Positions 19,958 through 28,962 of a DNA stretch of 64,000 bases are shown here, one piece after another. Within the stretch, counting starts at the first letter, position 1. Every line of letters starts with the position of its first letter. The stretch is from Clostridia bacterium (GTDB lineage: Bacteria > Bacillota > Clostridia > Oscillospirales > UBA644). The stretch spans positions 16,002-80,001 of the forward strand of contig WHHJ01000001.1 of assembly GCA_014872655.1 (NCBI GenBank). The letters run 5' to 3'. The translations under genes were made by a program, and so were the position numbers. The notes beneath the pieces were generated by a model. It made no database searches. It saw only the letters and a list, made by a program, of their open reading frames with translations, and was not told the origin of the DNA.

Positions 19958-21079
19958 TTATTGGGCCTGATTTAACACTTCTATCAGCACTTCGGTAAAA
20001 TATCGGGCCCCGCGTTCGGCTTCTTGCAGGGTGTTGCCGCAGGTACCCACTTCGACCAGCAAAGAACCGGTACTGAGATGTTCGTTGTATCGAGCGGCCC
20101 GCAGTAAGATCGGACGCATGAGGTCAGGATATTTTTCTGCTGCTGTTTTTTGAATATGGGCGGCAAGTGTGAAATTCTGCTCCCACTCGGGATGCTTGTA
20201 GGTGTCGTTTCCGCAGCCCATCAACAGCATGACCTGGGAACTTTGCTGTCCATCTATTTCTGTCACGGTACGGTATTTGACACCGCTGTCGGTAATGATC
20301 GAGTCTCGGTGGACGTCCAAAACCACCTTAATGGATGGATACTGCTCTAAGTAATCGCTGATTTCATTGTAGGAACTGGTGTACGACTTGTTAAAGTCGA
20401 CGTCATGATGCGTTGAGGTGTGCAAGACTCGATATCCGGCCTGTGTCAGCATTTGCTCCATAACATCGCCGATGTGTACCATGTTTTTGGAGTCGTCATC
20501 GGAGCGGTAACTGGTTTGAGGAAGATAGTAATCCGAGCCTTCTTCGTTAAAGGATTCGGTAGCATGGGTGTGCACGATTAAGATTTGCGGATCGTCTGAG
20601 GAACGGTCGATGCCGAGTTTGACCGGGTTGTTGAGCAGTTGTTCTAAATTAAATTCTTTTTCTGCTTCATTTTTTACATAGACGCCCTGGATGCCCTGCA
20701 TATAGGAAGCCGGCCGAACGGTCAGCATTTTGATGGGTAAAGCGCCTTCCGGAATAGATGTTACGGATTCTGTTTGTGACGGCGGATCTGTTTCCGGCGT
20801 TCCGGGCGTTTGATCGGAGTTGTCCGGGGCGGGAGCTTGTTCGTTTTCAATAATTTGAGATTCATCGGGAGGTGTAGATAAATCTGATTGGTATAAAAAT
20901 GGAAGAAACGCCGCGCTGCACTCATCGACAAAGAGTTCTACCACAGGAGCCGTGCCGGTTTTCGGAGCCGGGACGGCTAACAGCGGTAATTTATAAGCGG
21001 ACAGAAAGAAGCCCAGTGCAAGGGCAGAAAAGAACGTGATAAAGATACAAAAGTAAAGATTATTGATTAGTCGTTTCAT
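19958..21079 (-). CDS. spoIIP: stage II sporulation protein P
   Basis: N-terminal TM helix, P/Q/E-rich linker, and an amidase-like core with ILIVHTHATESF and LDVHRDS. Shows the conserved spoIIP-gpr-rpsT neighbourhood. Confidence 0.85.
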   Translation of the reverse strand: MKRLINNLYFCIFITFFSALALGFFLSAYKLPLLAVPAPKTGTAPVVELFVDECSAAFLPFLYQSDLSTPPDESQIIENEQAPAPDNSDQTPGTPETDPPSQTESVTSIPEGALPIKMLTVRPASYMQGIQGVYVKNEAEKEFNLEQLLNNPVKLGIDRSSDDPQILIVHTHATESFNEEGSDYYLPQTSYRSDDDSKNMVHIGDVMEQMLTQAGYRVLHTSTHHDVDFNKSYTSSYNEISDYLEQYPSIKVVLDVHRDSIITDSGVKYRTVTEIDGQQSSQVMLLMGCGNDTYKHPEWEQNFTLAAHIQKTAAEKYPDLMRPILLRAARYNEHLSTGSLLVEVGTCGNTLQEAERGARYFTEVLIEVLNQAQ

Positions 21080-21140
21080 GGAATCATCCCTTCATCAAAC
21101 ATTATGCGGAAGGGACGGGTTGTATACCTGTGACACAGGA

Positions 21141-22016
21141 TTACATTTCGGTCAGCAGTTGAATTTCATCCTCACTGATATCATTGTGAAAGACTTTGTT
21201 GAGTGCCGTAGAAACCAGCACAGCACAGTTTTTTACTAAAATATCGACATCCTTGGGTGCCACGATTAAGTGTTTGTCGTACGCGGAAACCGTTTTTTCG
21301 TCCGGCTGTTGCTGAAAGATATCGGAGGCCAGCGTGAGGGCATCCATGACGGTCGGAACCCCAATGGAAATAACGGGCGTTCCTAATGTGGCCTGGTCTA
21401 ATTGCATTCGGTGATTTCCGATTCCGGAGCCCGGGCGCAGTCCGGTATTACTGATTTGTACGCAAGCACAGAGTTTTCGCATTTCTCTGGCCGCCAGTGC
21501 GTCAATGATAAAAATGACGTCAGGTTTGACAATTTGTGCAGCGGATCGAACGGCTTCTGCACTTTCGATTCCGGTCTTTCCCAGTACATCCGGTGTGATT
21601 TGCGCGGTGACGCCGAGCCGGGCCTGTTCAAATAAGTGCGGGGCCGATTGCCGAAGGTGACGGGTGATAATAATACGGTCTGTGGTCAATGGTCCCAGTG
21701 CATCTGAAGCCAGTTTCCGATTGCCCAGCCCGGCGATCAGTGACGTTTTTCCGTTGGTGTCTGCGATGGATCGAACAGCCTGCGCAATTTGGAGAATGGC
21801 TTCATCAAAAAGTGCAGGGTCATTAAAAGCGCCTTCAAAATTTACGGTAATATAGGTGCCTTGTTCTTTTTGTAATTGTTGTGCGGCCTGAGGCGTAGAA
21901 ATTTCAATTTCGGAAACACGGATTCCGCCACAATTTTTTTCGGAATGTCGAATTCCTTCGCTTTCTTTTTTGTCAATCAGTTCGCAAGCCATGTCGGTTC
22001 TTGCCGTAAAAGCCAT
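21141..22016 (-). CDS. gpr: GPR germination (spore) endopeptidase
   Basis: 291 aa from ATG 22016, preceded by AAGGAGG. MAFTARTDMACE... and GLGNRKLASDALGP are typical of GPR. The longer track ORF (to 22520) runs through rpsT and is rejected. Confidence 0.85.
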   Translation of the reverse strand: MAFTARTDMACELIDKKESEGIRHSEKNCGGIRVSEIEISTPQAAQQLQKEQGTYITVNFEGAFNDPALFDEAILQIAQAVRSIADTNGKTSLIAGLGNRKLASDALGPLTTDRIIITRHLRQSAPHLFEQARLGVTAQITPDVLGKTGIESAEAVRSAAQIVKPDVIFIIDALAAREMRKLCACVQISNTGLRPGSGIGNHRMQLDQATLGTPVISIGVPTVMDALTLASDIFQQQPDEKTVSAYDKHLIVAPKDVDILVKNCAVLVSTALNKVFHNDISEDEIQLLTEM

Positions 22017-22122
22017 GATAGTTCCTCCTTTTTGGATTGAAAAGGTTCTTGCAGTATTATTTCCGTTTTTTTTCTTTTTAAAAATAAAGTGTGTAGAAAA
22101 AAAGAAAGTTTGTAAAAACCCC

Positions 22123-22151
22123 TTGCAAAAAATAAAAAAATCTGGTATAAT
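22123..22151 (+). promoter_or_regulatory. sigma-A-type promoter of rpsT
   Basis: TTGCAA, 17 nt, TATAAT. Confidence 0.6.
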
Positions 22152-22190
22152 ATCCAAGTATACAAAAGTAAGTATCGGGAGGTGACTGAT

Positions 22191-22436
22191 TTGCCGAATA
22201 TTAAGTCTGCCAAAAAGCGTGTAAAGGTAACTGCGGTAAAAGCATTGAACAACAAGATGTTCAAATCCGCAATGAAGACAAACCTGAAAAAGCTGAGAGG
22301 CGAAATCGAAAAGAAAGATGCTAAAGCGCTCAGCCTTGCTTATAAGAATCTGGATAAAGCAGTTTCGAAAGGGATTATGCATAAAAATACGGCTGCAAAC
22401 AAAAAGTCTAAGTTGGCTGCCTTGTTCAATGCGTAA
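22191..22436 (+). CDS. rpsT: 30S ribosomal protein S20
   Basis: (M)PNIKSAKKRVKV...HKNTAANKKSKL. TTG start 8 nt after the GGGAGG SD. Confidence 0.92.
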   Translation: MPNIKSAKKRVKVTAVKALNNKMFKSAMKTNLKKLRGEIEKKDAKALSLAYKNLDKAVSKGIMHKNTAANKKSKLAALFNA

Positions 22437-22473
22437 TTGTTTTAATATGAAACAAATGTAAATAGCCAGAAGA

Positions 22474-22502
22474 GTCTGCCGATTTTGCGGCAGGCTTTTT
22501 TT
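22474..22502 (+). terminator. rho-independent terminator of rpsT
   Basis: 8 bp stem GTCTGCCG / CGGCAGGC followed by seven T. Confidence 0.85.
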
Positions 22503-22504
22503 AT

Positions 22505-22537
22505 ATGTATCCGTATGCATTGTGCATACGGATACAT
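22505..22537. repeat. perfect 15 bp inverted repeat (ATGTATCCGTATGCA ttg TGCATACGGATACAT)
   Basis: Read directly from the sequence. Lies immediately 3' of the rpsT terminator, with no flanking U-tract. Confidence 0.9.
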
Positions 22538-22698
22538 TGCATTCGGGATGTGTTTGCGTTCTATGTTCTATGCCTTTGTTGCCTGTAGTGAGTTGTGTGG
22601 AAACGCAAAAGGGAGAAAAGGTGTGGGAAGTCTCTTGTAAAAAGAAATATACTTCATTGAGATCCTGTTTTTATGTTGGAAAAAATTGTTGTAAGTAC

Positions 22699-22728
22699 TT
22701 GAAAAAATATGTTAGTGTGTAGTATAAT
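22699..22728 (+). promoter_or_regulatory. sigma-A-type promoter driving the THF riboswitch and folT-like gene
   Basis: TTGAAA, 18 nt, TATAAT. The riboswitch P1 begins about 10 nt downstream. Confidence 0.6.
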
Positions 22729-22737
22729 AGAAGAAAG

Positions 22738-22896
22738 TTCAGAGTAAAGCTCGAAGCGTAAAGTGTTGCCGGAACGGGGAGTTGTCCGGCAAACGAAAGT
22801 GTAAATCGCTGCGGTTTCGGGTTTGCATCCCGCTGTAACAGAAGTAGGAACAAATGCTCCTCCACTTGTTGCAAATTTGAGGGAGGAGGTTTTTTT
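22738..22896 (+). promoter_or_regulatory. THF (tetrahydrofolate, folT-motif) riboswitch with a terminator/SD-sequestering expression platform
   Basis: The aptamer (about 22738-22838) matches the conserved THF-I blocks AGAGTA...GCGTAAAGTGT..GAACGGGGAGTTG..AACGAAAG...GCGG...TTGCATCCCGCTG. The platform hairpin CTCCTCC (22857-63) / GGAGGAG (22882-88) plus T7 includes the SD. Confidence 0.85.
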
Positions 22897-24210
22897 ATGC
22901 AAAAAAATGAACTTGTAAAAAACAAAGATCCGTTTTCACGGAATCGGTTATTAAAACGGATCACCATTACCGCTGTATTTGTCGCGCTGGCATGTGTGAC
23001 GAGTTTGATTGCAGGATTCCGGTTGCCGTTGTTTGGCGGCGACGGCATGCACGTTAATTTGAGCGGTATTTTTTCTTCGTTCCCGGCTATTTTGTTTGGC
23101 CCGGCTTACGGGGCGGCGTCCTCCGTGTTTATGGATTTGTTCGGCTGTATTGTGAAGCCGTCGGGCGCTTATAATCCGTTGTTTACGCTGACCGCTTTGT
23201 GCACCGGATTTTTCCGCGGATTTTTCTGGTGGGCTGTGTTGAAGATCAAGGATAACAAAAAGCTGGGAATCAGTGCGGTTTGCGTGTTGGTGTTGATCGG
23301 TACTTTTGGTGTGGTAAATCACGTCAGCTTCTGGAACGATCAGGTTTTAACCGGCTTTTTGCCCACGACGCAGAACGTTGCGACAAAAGGACAGGTCCAG
23401 CGGCTGCAACAGCAGAAGGATTTATCGGTGTTTTCTTATGTGTTGACCAGCCTGGCTACAGACGACAGTATGCAGGTTCGGGATTGTACGGCGGAAGGTC
23501 CGATTGTTGCAGTTCCGTCAAAGGCTGATTACGATGGGTGTGCTTTTTCTGTAACCTCTATCGGCAGCGGTGCGTTCCGGGATAAGGGGATTCAAACAGT
23601 GGTGCTGCCGTCGACGGTAAAAACAATCGCTGAGGACGCTTTTGATGACGGGACAACGGTCGTAATCTCTGACGAGGTGAATGAAAAAACGGGTCAGCTC
23701 AAAAGCAAAAATGCGCAGAAAGCCGTTTCTCAGATAGAACAGGTTCAATTATCGGTTGTGTCTGCTGAAGAATATGATCAACTGGTTACGCAATCAACGG
23801 CTACCTTGTCTTTTTCCAGTAACGAGGCTTATCGGAATGATCTTGCATTGTATGCGTCCGGGTTGACAATCGGGCTGGAACTGGTCTGTTTGATTGGATT
23901 GATTTTTGTCGTCGTGGATCAGTTGTTGATGCGCAGACGAGACAAAGCGCAAAAACCGGCTGTCAGTGTCGTTGGATTATTTGCGGCTATTTTGGGTGCG
24001 GGGTTGATCGGTTCGACCCTGAATACGGTATGGCTGAGTTTGCTGTATTACGGGAACAAAGCGTTTTGGATTTTATGGGTTCCGAGAACCATTCAGGAAA
24101 TTATTATTACAACTGTTCAGGTTTGTATTATCGCGTTTTTGTATGAGTTGTTTCTCATACGGGTATATCCGCGTTTTCGGGATAAGCATTTGATCATGCA
24201 AAAATTTTAA
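22897..24210 (+). CDS. FolT-like ECF transporter S component with a large internal soluble insert (BspA-type LRR-like)
   Basis: 437 aa. Four N-terminal and three C-terminal hydrophobic helices resemble an ECF S component. Residues about 146-316 are hydrophilic and contain [33 protein letters not shown] (LRR_5/BspA-like). Sits directly behind a THF riboswitch. Confidence 0.65.
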   Translation: MQKNELVKNKDPFSRNRLLKRITITAVFVALACVTSLIAGFRLPLFGGDGMHVNLSGIFSSFPAILFGPAYGAASSVFMDLFGCIVKPSGAYNPLFTLTALCTGFFRGFFWWAVLKIKDNKKLGISAVCVLVLIGTFGVVNHVSFWNDQVLTGFLPTTQNVATKGQVQRLQQQKDLSVFSYVLTSLATDDSMQVRDCTAEGPIVAVPSKADYDGCAFSVTSIGSGAFRDKGIQTVVLPSTVKTIAEDAFDDGTTVVISDEVNEKTGQLKSKNAQKAVSQIEQVQLSVVSAEEYDQLVTQSTATLSFSSNEAYRNDLALYASGLTIGLELVCLIGLIFVVVDQLLMRRRDKAQKPAVSVVGLFAAILGAGLIGSTLNTVWLSLLYYGNKAFWILWVPRTIQEIIITTVQVCIIAFLYELFLIRVYPRFRDKHLIMQKF

Positions 24211-24211
24211 C

Positions 24212-24250
24212 AGAAAGTACCGGCGTCTTAGGATGTCGGTACTTTCTTTC
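24212..24250 (+). terminator. rho-independent terminator after the folT-like gene
   Basis: 11 bp stem AGAAAGTACCG / CGGTACTTTCT followed by a T-rich tail. Confidence 0.75.
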
Positions 24251-24272
24251 ACAAAATTTTACAAAGTTATCG

Positions 24273-24301
24273 TTTACAATTTTTACCGGATATGGTATAA
24301 T
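24273..24301 (+). promoter_or_regulatory. sigma-A-type promoter of icd
   Basis: TTTACA, 17 nt, TATAAT. Confidence 0.55.
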
Positions 24302-24385
24302 ATAAAAAGAAAAATAGGTTTTGATATAAAGTCTTGCCGGAACGATCTATCCGTCGCTTCGACAAGCGGAATAAGGAGGATGGAA

Positions 24386-25591
24386 ATGGCAAAAATAAAG
24401 ATGACTACGCCGCTGGTAGAAATGGACGGCGACGAGATGACTCGAATTCTTTGGCAGTGGATCAAAGAATATTTGATTGAGCCTTATGTGCAATTAAATA
24501 CCGAGTATTATGATTTGGGTTTGGAAAATCGTGAAAAAACCGGGGATCAGGTTACGGTAGACAGCGCCAATGCAACGCTGAAGTACGGGGTTGCAGTAAA
24601 GTGCGCCACGATTACGCCGAATGCGGATCGGGTTAAGGAATACAATCTGACAAAGATGTGGAAAAGTCCGAACGGTACCATCCGTGCGATTTTGGACGGA
24701 ACGGTTTTCCGTGCTCCGTTGTTGGTAAAGGGTATTACGCCGTTTGTGCCAAATTGGAAAAAGCCGATTACCATTGCGCGTCATGCATACGGCGACATTT
24801 ATAAAGATGTTGAAATGCGTGTAGAAAAAGGTTCTAAGGCGGAGTTGTGTGTAACGGATGCGGAAGGAAAAGAACAGCGGATGTTGATCCACGACTTTGC
24901 AAATTCCGATGGTGTGATTATGGGGATGCATAACCTGGATCGCAGTATTGAGAGTTTTGCCCGCGCTTGTTTTAATTTTGCGCTGGATACCAAGCAGGAT
25001 TTGTGGTTCTCTTCTAAGGATACTATTTCAAAAACGTACGATCACCGGTTTAAGGATATTTTTCATGATATTTATGAGGCAGAATATCGCGACCGGTACG
25101 AAAAAGCAGGGATTTCTTATTTCTATACCCTGATAGACGACGCGGTTGCCCGTGTCGTACGCAGTGAAGGCGGGTTTGTATGGGCCTGCAAAAACTATGA
25201 CGGCGACGTGATGTCGGATATGGTTGCGACGGCATTTGGCAGCCTAGCCATGATGACTTCTGTATTAGTGTCTCCGACCGGTGTTTACGAGTATGAGGCA
25301 GCTCACGGTACGGTGCAGCGTCACTATTACAAACACCTGAAAGGAGAAAAGACCTCGACCAATCCTATGGCAACAATTTTTGCCTGGACGGGTGCGCTGC
25401 GTAAGCGCGGAGAATTGGACGGCAACCAGGAATTGATGGATTTTGCCGCAGAATTGGAGCGCGCAAGCATCCAAACCATTGAAGACGGCATTATGACCGG
25501 AGACTTGGCGGCGCTGTCTTCGATTGAAAATAAGAAAGTGGTTACTTCCGAGCAGTTTTTGCTCGAGATACAGCAACGGATTAATCAATAA
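24386..25591 (+). CDS. icd: NADP-dependent isocitrate dehydrogenase (eukaryote-like type, about 400 aa)
   Basis: [31 protein letters not shown] and DGDVMSD motifs. AAGGAGG SD precedes ATG 24386. Confidence 0.9.
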   Translation: MAKIKMTTPLVEMDGDEMTRILWQWIKEYLIEPYVQLNTEYYDLGLENREKTGDQVTVDSANATLKYGVAVKCATITPNADRVKEYNLTKMWKSPNGTIRAILDGTVFRAPLLVKGITPFVPNWKKPITIARHAYGDIYKDVEMRVEKGSKAELCVTDAEGKEQRMLIHDFANSDGVIMGMHNLDRSIESFARACFNFALDTKQDLWFSSKDTISKTYDHRFKDIFHDIYEAEYRDRYEKAGISYFYTLIDDAVARVVRSEGGFVWACKNYDGDVMSDMVATAFGSLAMMTSVLVSPTGVYEYEAAHGTVQRHYYKHLKGEKTSTNPMATIFAWTGALRKRGELDGNQELMDFAAELERASIQTIEDGIMTGDLAALSSIENKKVVTSEQFLLEIQQRINQ

Positions 25592-25606
25592 TTTGGAGAT
25601 GTGTTT

Positions 25607-27190
25607 ATGGATAAAAAAGTTGTTTTGATTGTTATGGACGGAGTCGGCCATAACCCGAATTCTTACGGAAACGCCGTTAGCGCTGCGTATAAGCCGACAT
25701 TGGATCATTTGATGGAAACCTGTCCGTATACAACCATTAAGGCGCACGGGACAGCTGTCGGTTTGCCCAGTGATGAAGATATGGGCAATAGTGAGGTTGG
25801 TCATAACGCGTTGGGCTGCGGACAGATTTATTCGCAGGGCGCAAAGTTGGTCAACGAGTCGATTGAAAGCGGAAAAATGTACGAATCCGAAATCTGGCAG
25901 AAGTTGGTGCAAAATTGTAAGCAGCATGGGTCTACTTTTCATTTTCTGGGGCTTCTTTCGGACGGTAACGTACATTCCAATATTCATCATTTAGAGCAAA
26001 TGTTGCGTCGGGTAAAAGCTGACGGCGTACAAAAGTGCCGTGTGCATATTTTACTGGACGGCCGTGATGTTCCAGCGACCAGTGCGATGAAATATGTGGA
26101 CGAATTGGAAGCTTTATTGACTGAACTGAATACTAACGATTTTGACGGTCGAATTGCATCAGGCGGCGGCCGGATGCAGATCACCATGGACCGTTATGAA
26201 GCCAACTGGCCGATGGTTCAGCTGGGCTGGGAGACTCACGTTCTCGGAAAAGGAGAGCAATTTGCTTCTGCCGCAGAGGCGATTTCGACGCTGCGCGAGC
26301 GTACCGGTGCAATCGATCAGGATTTGCCTCCGTTTGTTATTGCTCAGGACGGAAAACCGGTGGGAACGGTAGAAGACAATGACAGTGTGGTTTTGTTTAA
26401 TTTCCGCGGCGACCGCGCGATTGAAATTAGCCGCGCTTTTGACGAGGAAGACTTTACGGCTTTTGATCGGCAGCGGTTCCCGAAAGTACTGTATGCCGGC
26501 ATGCTGCAATATGACGGGGATTTGCAGATTCCAAAGAATTTCTTGGTTGCTCCGCCGCATATTGAAAATACGCTTTCCGAAGTTCTGGTAAACAACGGCA
26601 TCAAAGAGTATGCTGTGTCAGAGACGCAGAAGTACGGCCACGTAACCTACTTCTGGAACGGAAACCGGAGCGAAAAATTTGATGAGAATTTAGAAGTGTT
26701 TGAAGAAGTTCGTTCGGATACCGTTCCGTTTGAACAGCGTCCGTGGATGAAGGCGGCCGAGGTCACCGACAAGGTTTTGCAGGCAATTTACAGCGGAGAA
26801 TATGGATTTATCCGCGCTAATTTCCCGAACGGGGATATGGTGGGCCATACCGGTTCGTTCCAGGCCGCTAAAATCGGTGTCGAGGCTGTGGACTTGTGTC
26901 TGGGCCGTATCGTAAAAGCTGTAGAAGAAACCGGAAGCATTCTGATCGTGACGGCAGACCACGGAAATGCAGATGAAATGTATGAGAAAAAGAAGAAGGA
27001 TGACGGCCAGCCGCCAAAACCCAAAACCGCTCATACGTTAAACCCTGTTCCGTTTATCGTATATGATCCCAATGCCGTTCATCATATTGCGGAGGGTGCC
27101 TTTGGTCTATCCAACGTTGCGGCTACGGTCGTGGCATTGTTGGGTGTTCAAAAACCGGATGTTTGGAATCCGAGTATTCTTTCAGACTGA
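25607..27190 (+). CDS. gpmI: 2,3-bisphosphoglycerate-independent phosphoglycerate mutase
   Basis: VLIVMDGVG, MGNSEVGHNALG (catalytic Ser), LSDGNVHS and ADHGNAD. An alternative GTG start lies at 25601. Confidence 0.9.
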   Translation: MDKKVVLIVMDGVGHNPNSYGNAVSAAYKPTLDHLMETCPYTTIKAHGTAVGLPSDEDMGNSEVGHNALGCGQIYSQGAKLVNESIESGKMYESEIWQKLVQNCKQHGSTFHFLGLLSDGNVHSNIHHLEQMLRRVKADGVQKCRVHILLDGRDVPATSAMKYVDELEALLTELNTNDFDGRIASGGGRMQITMDRYEANWPMVQLGWETHVLGKGEQFASAAEAISTLRERTGAIDQDLPPFVIAQDGKPVGTVEDNDSVVLFNFRGDRAIEISRAFDEEDFTAFDRQRFPKVLYAGMLQYDGDLQIPKNFLVAPPHIENTLSEVLVNNGIKEYAVSETQKYGHVTYFWNGNRSEKFDENLEVFEEVRSDTVPFEQRPWMKAAEVTDKVLQAIYSGEYGFIRANFPNGDMVGHTGSFQAAKIGVEAVDLCLGRIVKAVEETGSILIVTADHGNADEMYEKKKKDDGQPPKPKTAHTLNPVPFIVYDPNAVHHIAEGAFGLSNVAATVVALLGVQKPDVWNPSILSD

Positions 27191-27198
27191 TGTAATTT

Positions 27199-27226
27199 GC
27201 GCGGGGATTTTCCCCGCGCTGTTTCT
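27199..27226 (+). terminator. rho-independent terminator after gpmI
   Basis: 9 bp stem GCGCGGGGA / TCCCCGCGC, loop TTT, T-rich tail. Confidence 0.7.
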
Positions 27227-27250
27227 ATCAGATAGGGGAAAGGAAAGCGT

Positions 27251-27955
27251 ATGAATTATCGTTTGGTACGAGGGCGGAGGTGTGGGATCCGGATTCGCGT
27301 ATTTCCGGATGGACAGGTTGAAGTGCGTGCGCCCGCTCGTATATCAGCGACACGTATTGATCAGGTGCTGGCTGAACATTCCGATTGGATTTTGTGCAAA
27401 CAACAGCAGATGAAACAGAAAAAAACGGCAGCCGAGCTGTTAGATGGAGGCAGCATTCTTCTGTTTGGCGAGGTATATCCGGTTCGATGTGCGGATGTTG
27501 AAAAACCTCAATGGGATACATCTGTCTTTCTTGTCCCAAATGCCGATGTGCAGCGCGTCCGCAGGGATGTGGTTTCCTTTTTAAAGCGTCTGCTTTTGCC
27601 TGCAGTTTCAAAAGCTGTTCAAGACATCTGTATGAATAATGATTTGAATTGGAACGGTATTCGAATCAATTCGGCAGTGACGCGATGGGGATCCTGTAAT
27701 AAAGAGAAGGGCAATTTGAATTTTTCTTATCGCCTTGCTTTTTTGCCGCGGGAACTGATCGAGGCTGTTGCAGCGCATGAGTGTGCTCATTTGGTCTATG
27801 CAGATCATTCTGCACAGTTTTGGCAGACCGTCGCGCGATTGGATCCTGATTTCAAACGGCATCGGGAGCAGCTGCGTATTTGGGAGCGGATGTATCATTT
27901 TGACATTTCGGTGGGAAAGTCGGAATCTGAGCCTTTTTCATTGACTAATAATTAA
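27251..27955 (+). CDS. YgjP-like M48-family zinc metallopeptidase (DUF45)
   Basis: 234 aa with WGSC and the HECAHLVYADH (HExxH) motif. Confidence 0.75.
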   Translation: MNYRLVRGRRCGIRIRVFPDGQVEVRAPARISATRIDQVLAEHSDWILCKQQQMKQKKTAAELLDGGSILLFGEVYPVRCADVEKPQWDTSVFLVPNADVQRVRRDVVSFLKRLLLPAVSKAVQDICMNNDLNWNGIRINSAVTRWGSCNKEKGNLNFSYRLAFLPRELIEAVAAHECAHLVYADHSAQFWQTVARLDPDFKRHREQLRIWERMYHFDISVGKSESEPFSLTNN

Positions 27956-28030
27956 AAATATGTTATAATATATAATATTTCGACGTTTTGCTGAAGAAAA
28001 TGAGCGAAGAACTTTGAGGAGCGGATTTTT

Positions 28031-28897
28031 GTGTGGATTGCAGACCGGTGGAAGGATTTTGAAGTCGTCGACGCTTCGGATGGAGAAAAATTAGAGCGGT
28101 GGAGCGACTATTTCCTGGTTCGGCCGGATCCGCAGGTGATTTGGAAAACGGATCGGACGGCCGCTGAGTGGAAAAAGCCGTCGGCCATTTATCACCGCTC
28201 GTCAAAAGGTGGCGGCTCGTGGCAGATTTTTGCGTTGCCGCAGTCGTTTTGTGTACGGTATGATGCGATGTCGTTTCGGCTCAAGCCGATGAGTTTTAAA
28301 CATACGGGGTTGTTTCCGGAGCAGGCGGTCAACTGGGATTTTGCGTCTGATTTGATTCGTCGCAGCGGCCGGGCGGAGGTCCGGGTATTAAATCTGTTTG
28401 CTTATACGGGGGCCGCCAGTGTTGCCTGTGCAAAAGCCGGTGCGCAAGTGTGCCATGTGGATGCGTCCAAAGGGATGGTTGCTTGGGCCAAAGAAAATGC
28501 GCAGCTAAACGGGATATCGAATATCCGTTTTATCGTTGACGATTGCGTGAAGTTTGCAGAACGCGAAATTCGACGGCAAAAAACGTATGACGCCATTATT
28601 ATGGATCCGCCGTCGTATGGCAGAGGCCCTGGCGGAGAAGTTTGGAAATTAGAAAATGAATTATATGGTTTATTGGAACTTTGTTTAAACTTATTATCGT
28701 CACAGCCGTTATTTTTCTTGCTGAATTCTTATACAACAGGTTTAAGCGCCGGTTGTATGCAATATATGTTGGGTAGCACCGTGGGCCGGAAGTTTGGCGG
28801 AATCGTCCAATCGGAGGAGATTGGACTTCCGGTTACAAAGAGCGGTTTGGTTTTGCCGTGCGGCGCAACGGCACGTTGGTATCGGCCGCTGCAGTAA
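28031..28897 (+). CDS. class I SAM-dependent methyltransferase (RlmI/RlmK C-terminal-like)
   Basis: VLNLFAYTGAASVACAKAG (SAM motif I), IIMDPPSYGRGP (DPP motif). GTG start after a GAGGAG SD. Confidence 0.75.
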   Translation: MWIADRWKDFEVVDASDGEKLERWSDYFLVRPDPQVIWKTDRTAAEWKKPSAIYHRSSKGGGSWQIFALPQSFCVRYDAMSFRLKPMSFKHTGLFPEQAVNWDFASDLIRRSGRAEVRVLNLFAYTGAASVACAKAGAQVCHVDASKGMVAWAKENAQLNGISNIRFIVDDCVKFAEREIRRQKTYDAIIMDPPSYGRGPGGEVWKLENELYGLLELCLNLLSSQPLFFLLNSYTTGLSAGCMQYMLGSTVGRKFGGIVQSEEIGLPVTKSGLVLPCGATARWYRPLQ

Positions 28898-28962
28898 TAC
28901 GATCTTATGGCATCTATGAGGTCGTTTGTGGGATTTGAGAGGTAGTTTGAGAGGTAGTTTTT

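Noticed and set aside
22017-22520. N-terminal extension of the gpr ORF (459 aa in the ORF track)
   Set aside because: The extension runs antisense through rpsT and its promoter and terminator. An internal ATG at 22016 with an AAGGAGG SD gives a normal-length 291 aa GPR.
22522-22722. Cys-rich 66 aa ORF between rpsT and the folT promoter
   Set aside because: It has no ribosome-binding site, and its GTG start lies inside the 15 bp palindrome. The Cys richness comes from TGT/TGC-rich noncoding sequence, and nothing supports translation.
25265-25990. 241 aa minus-strand ORF spanning the icd/gpmI junction
   Set aside because: It is antisense to two confidently identified genes and crosses their intergenic spacer. 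It is a shadow ORF.
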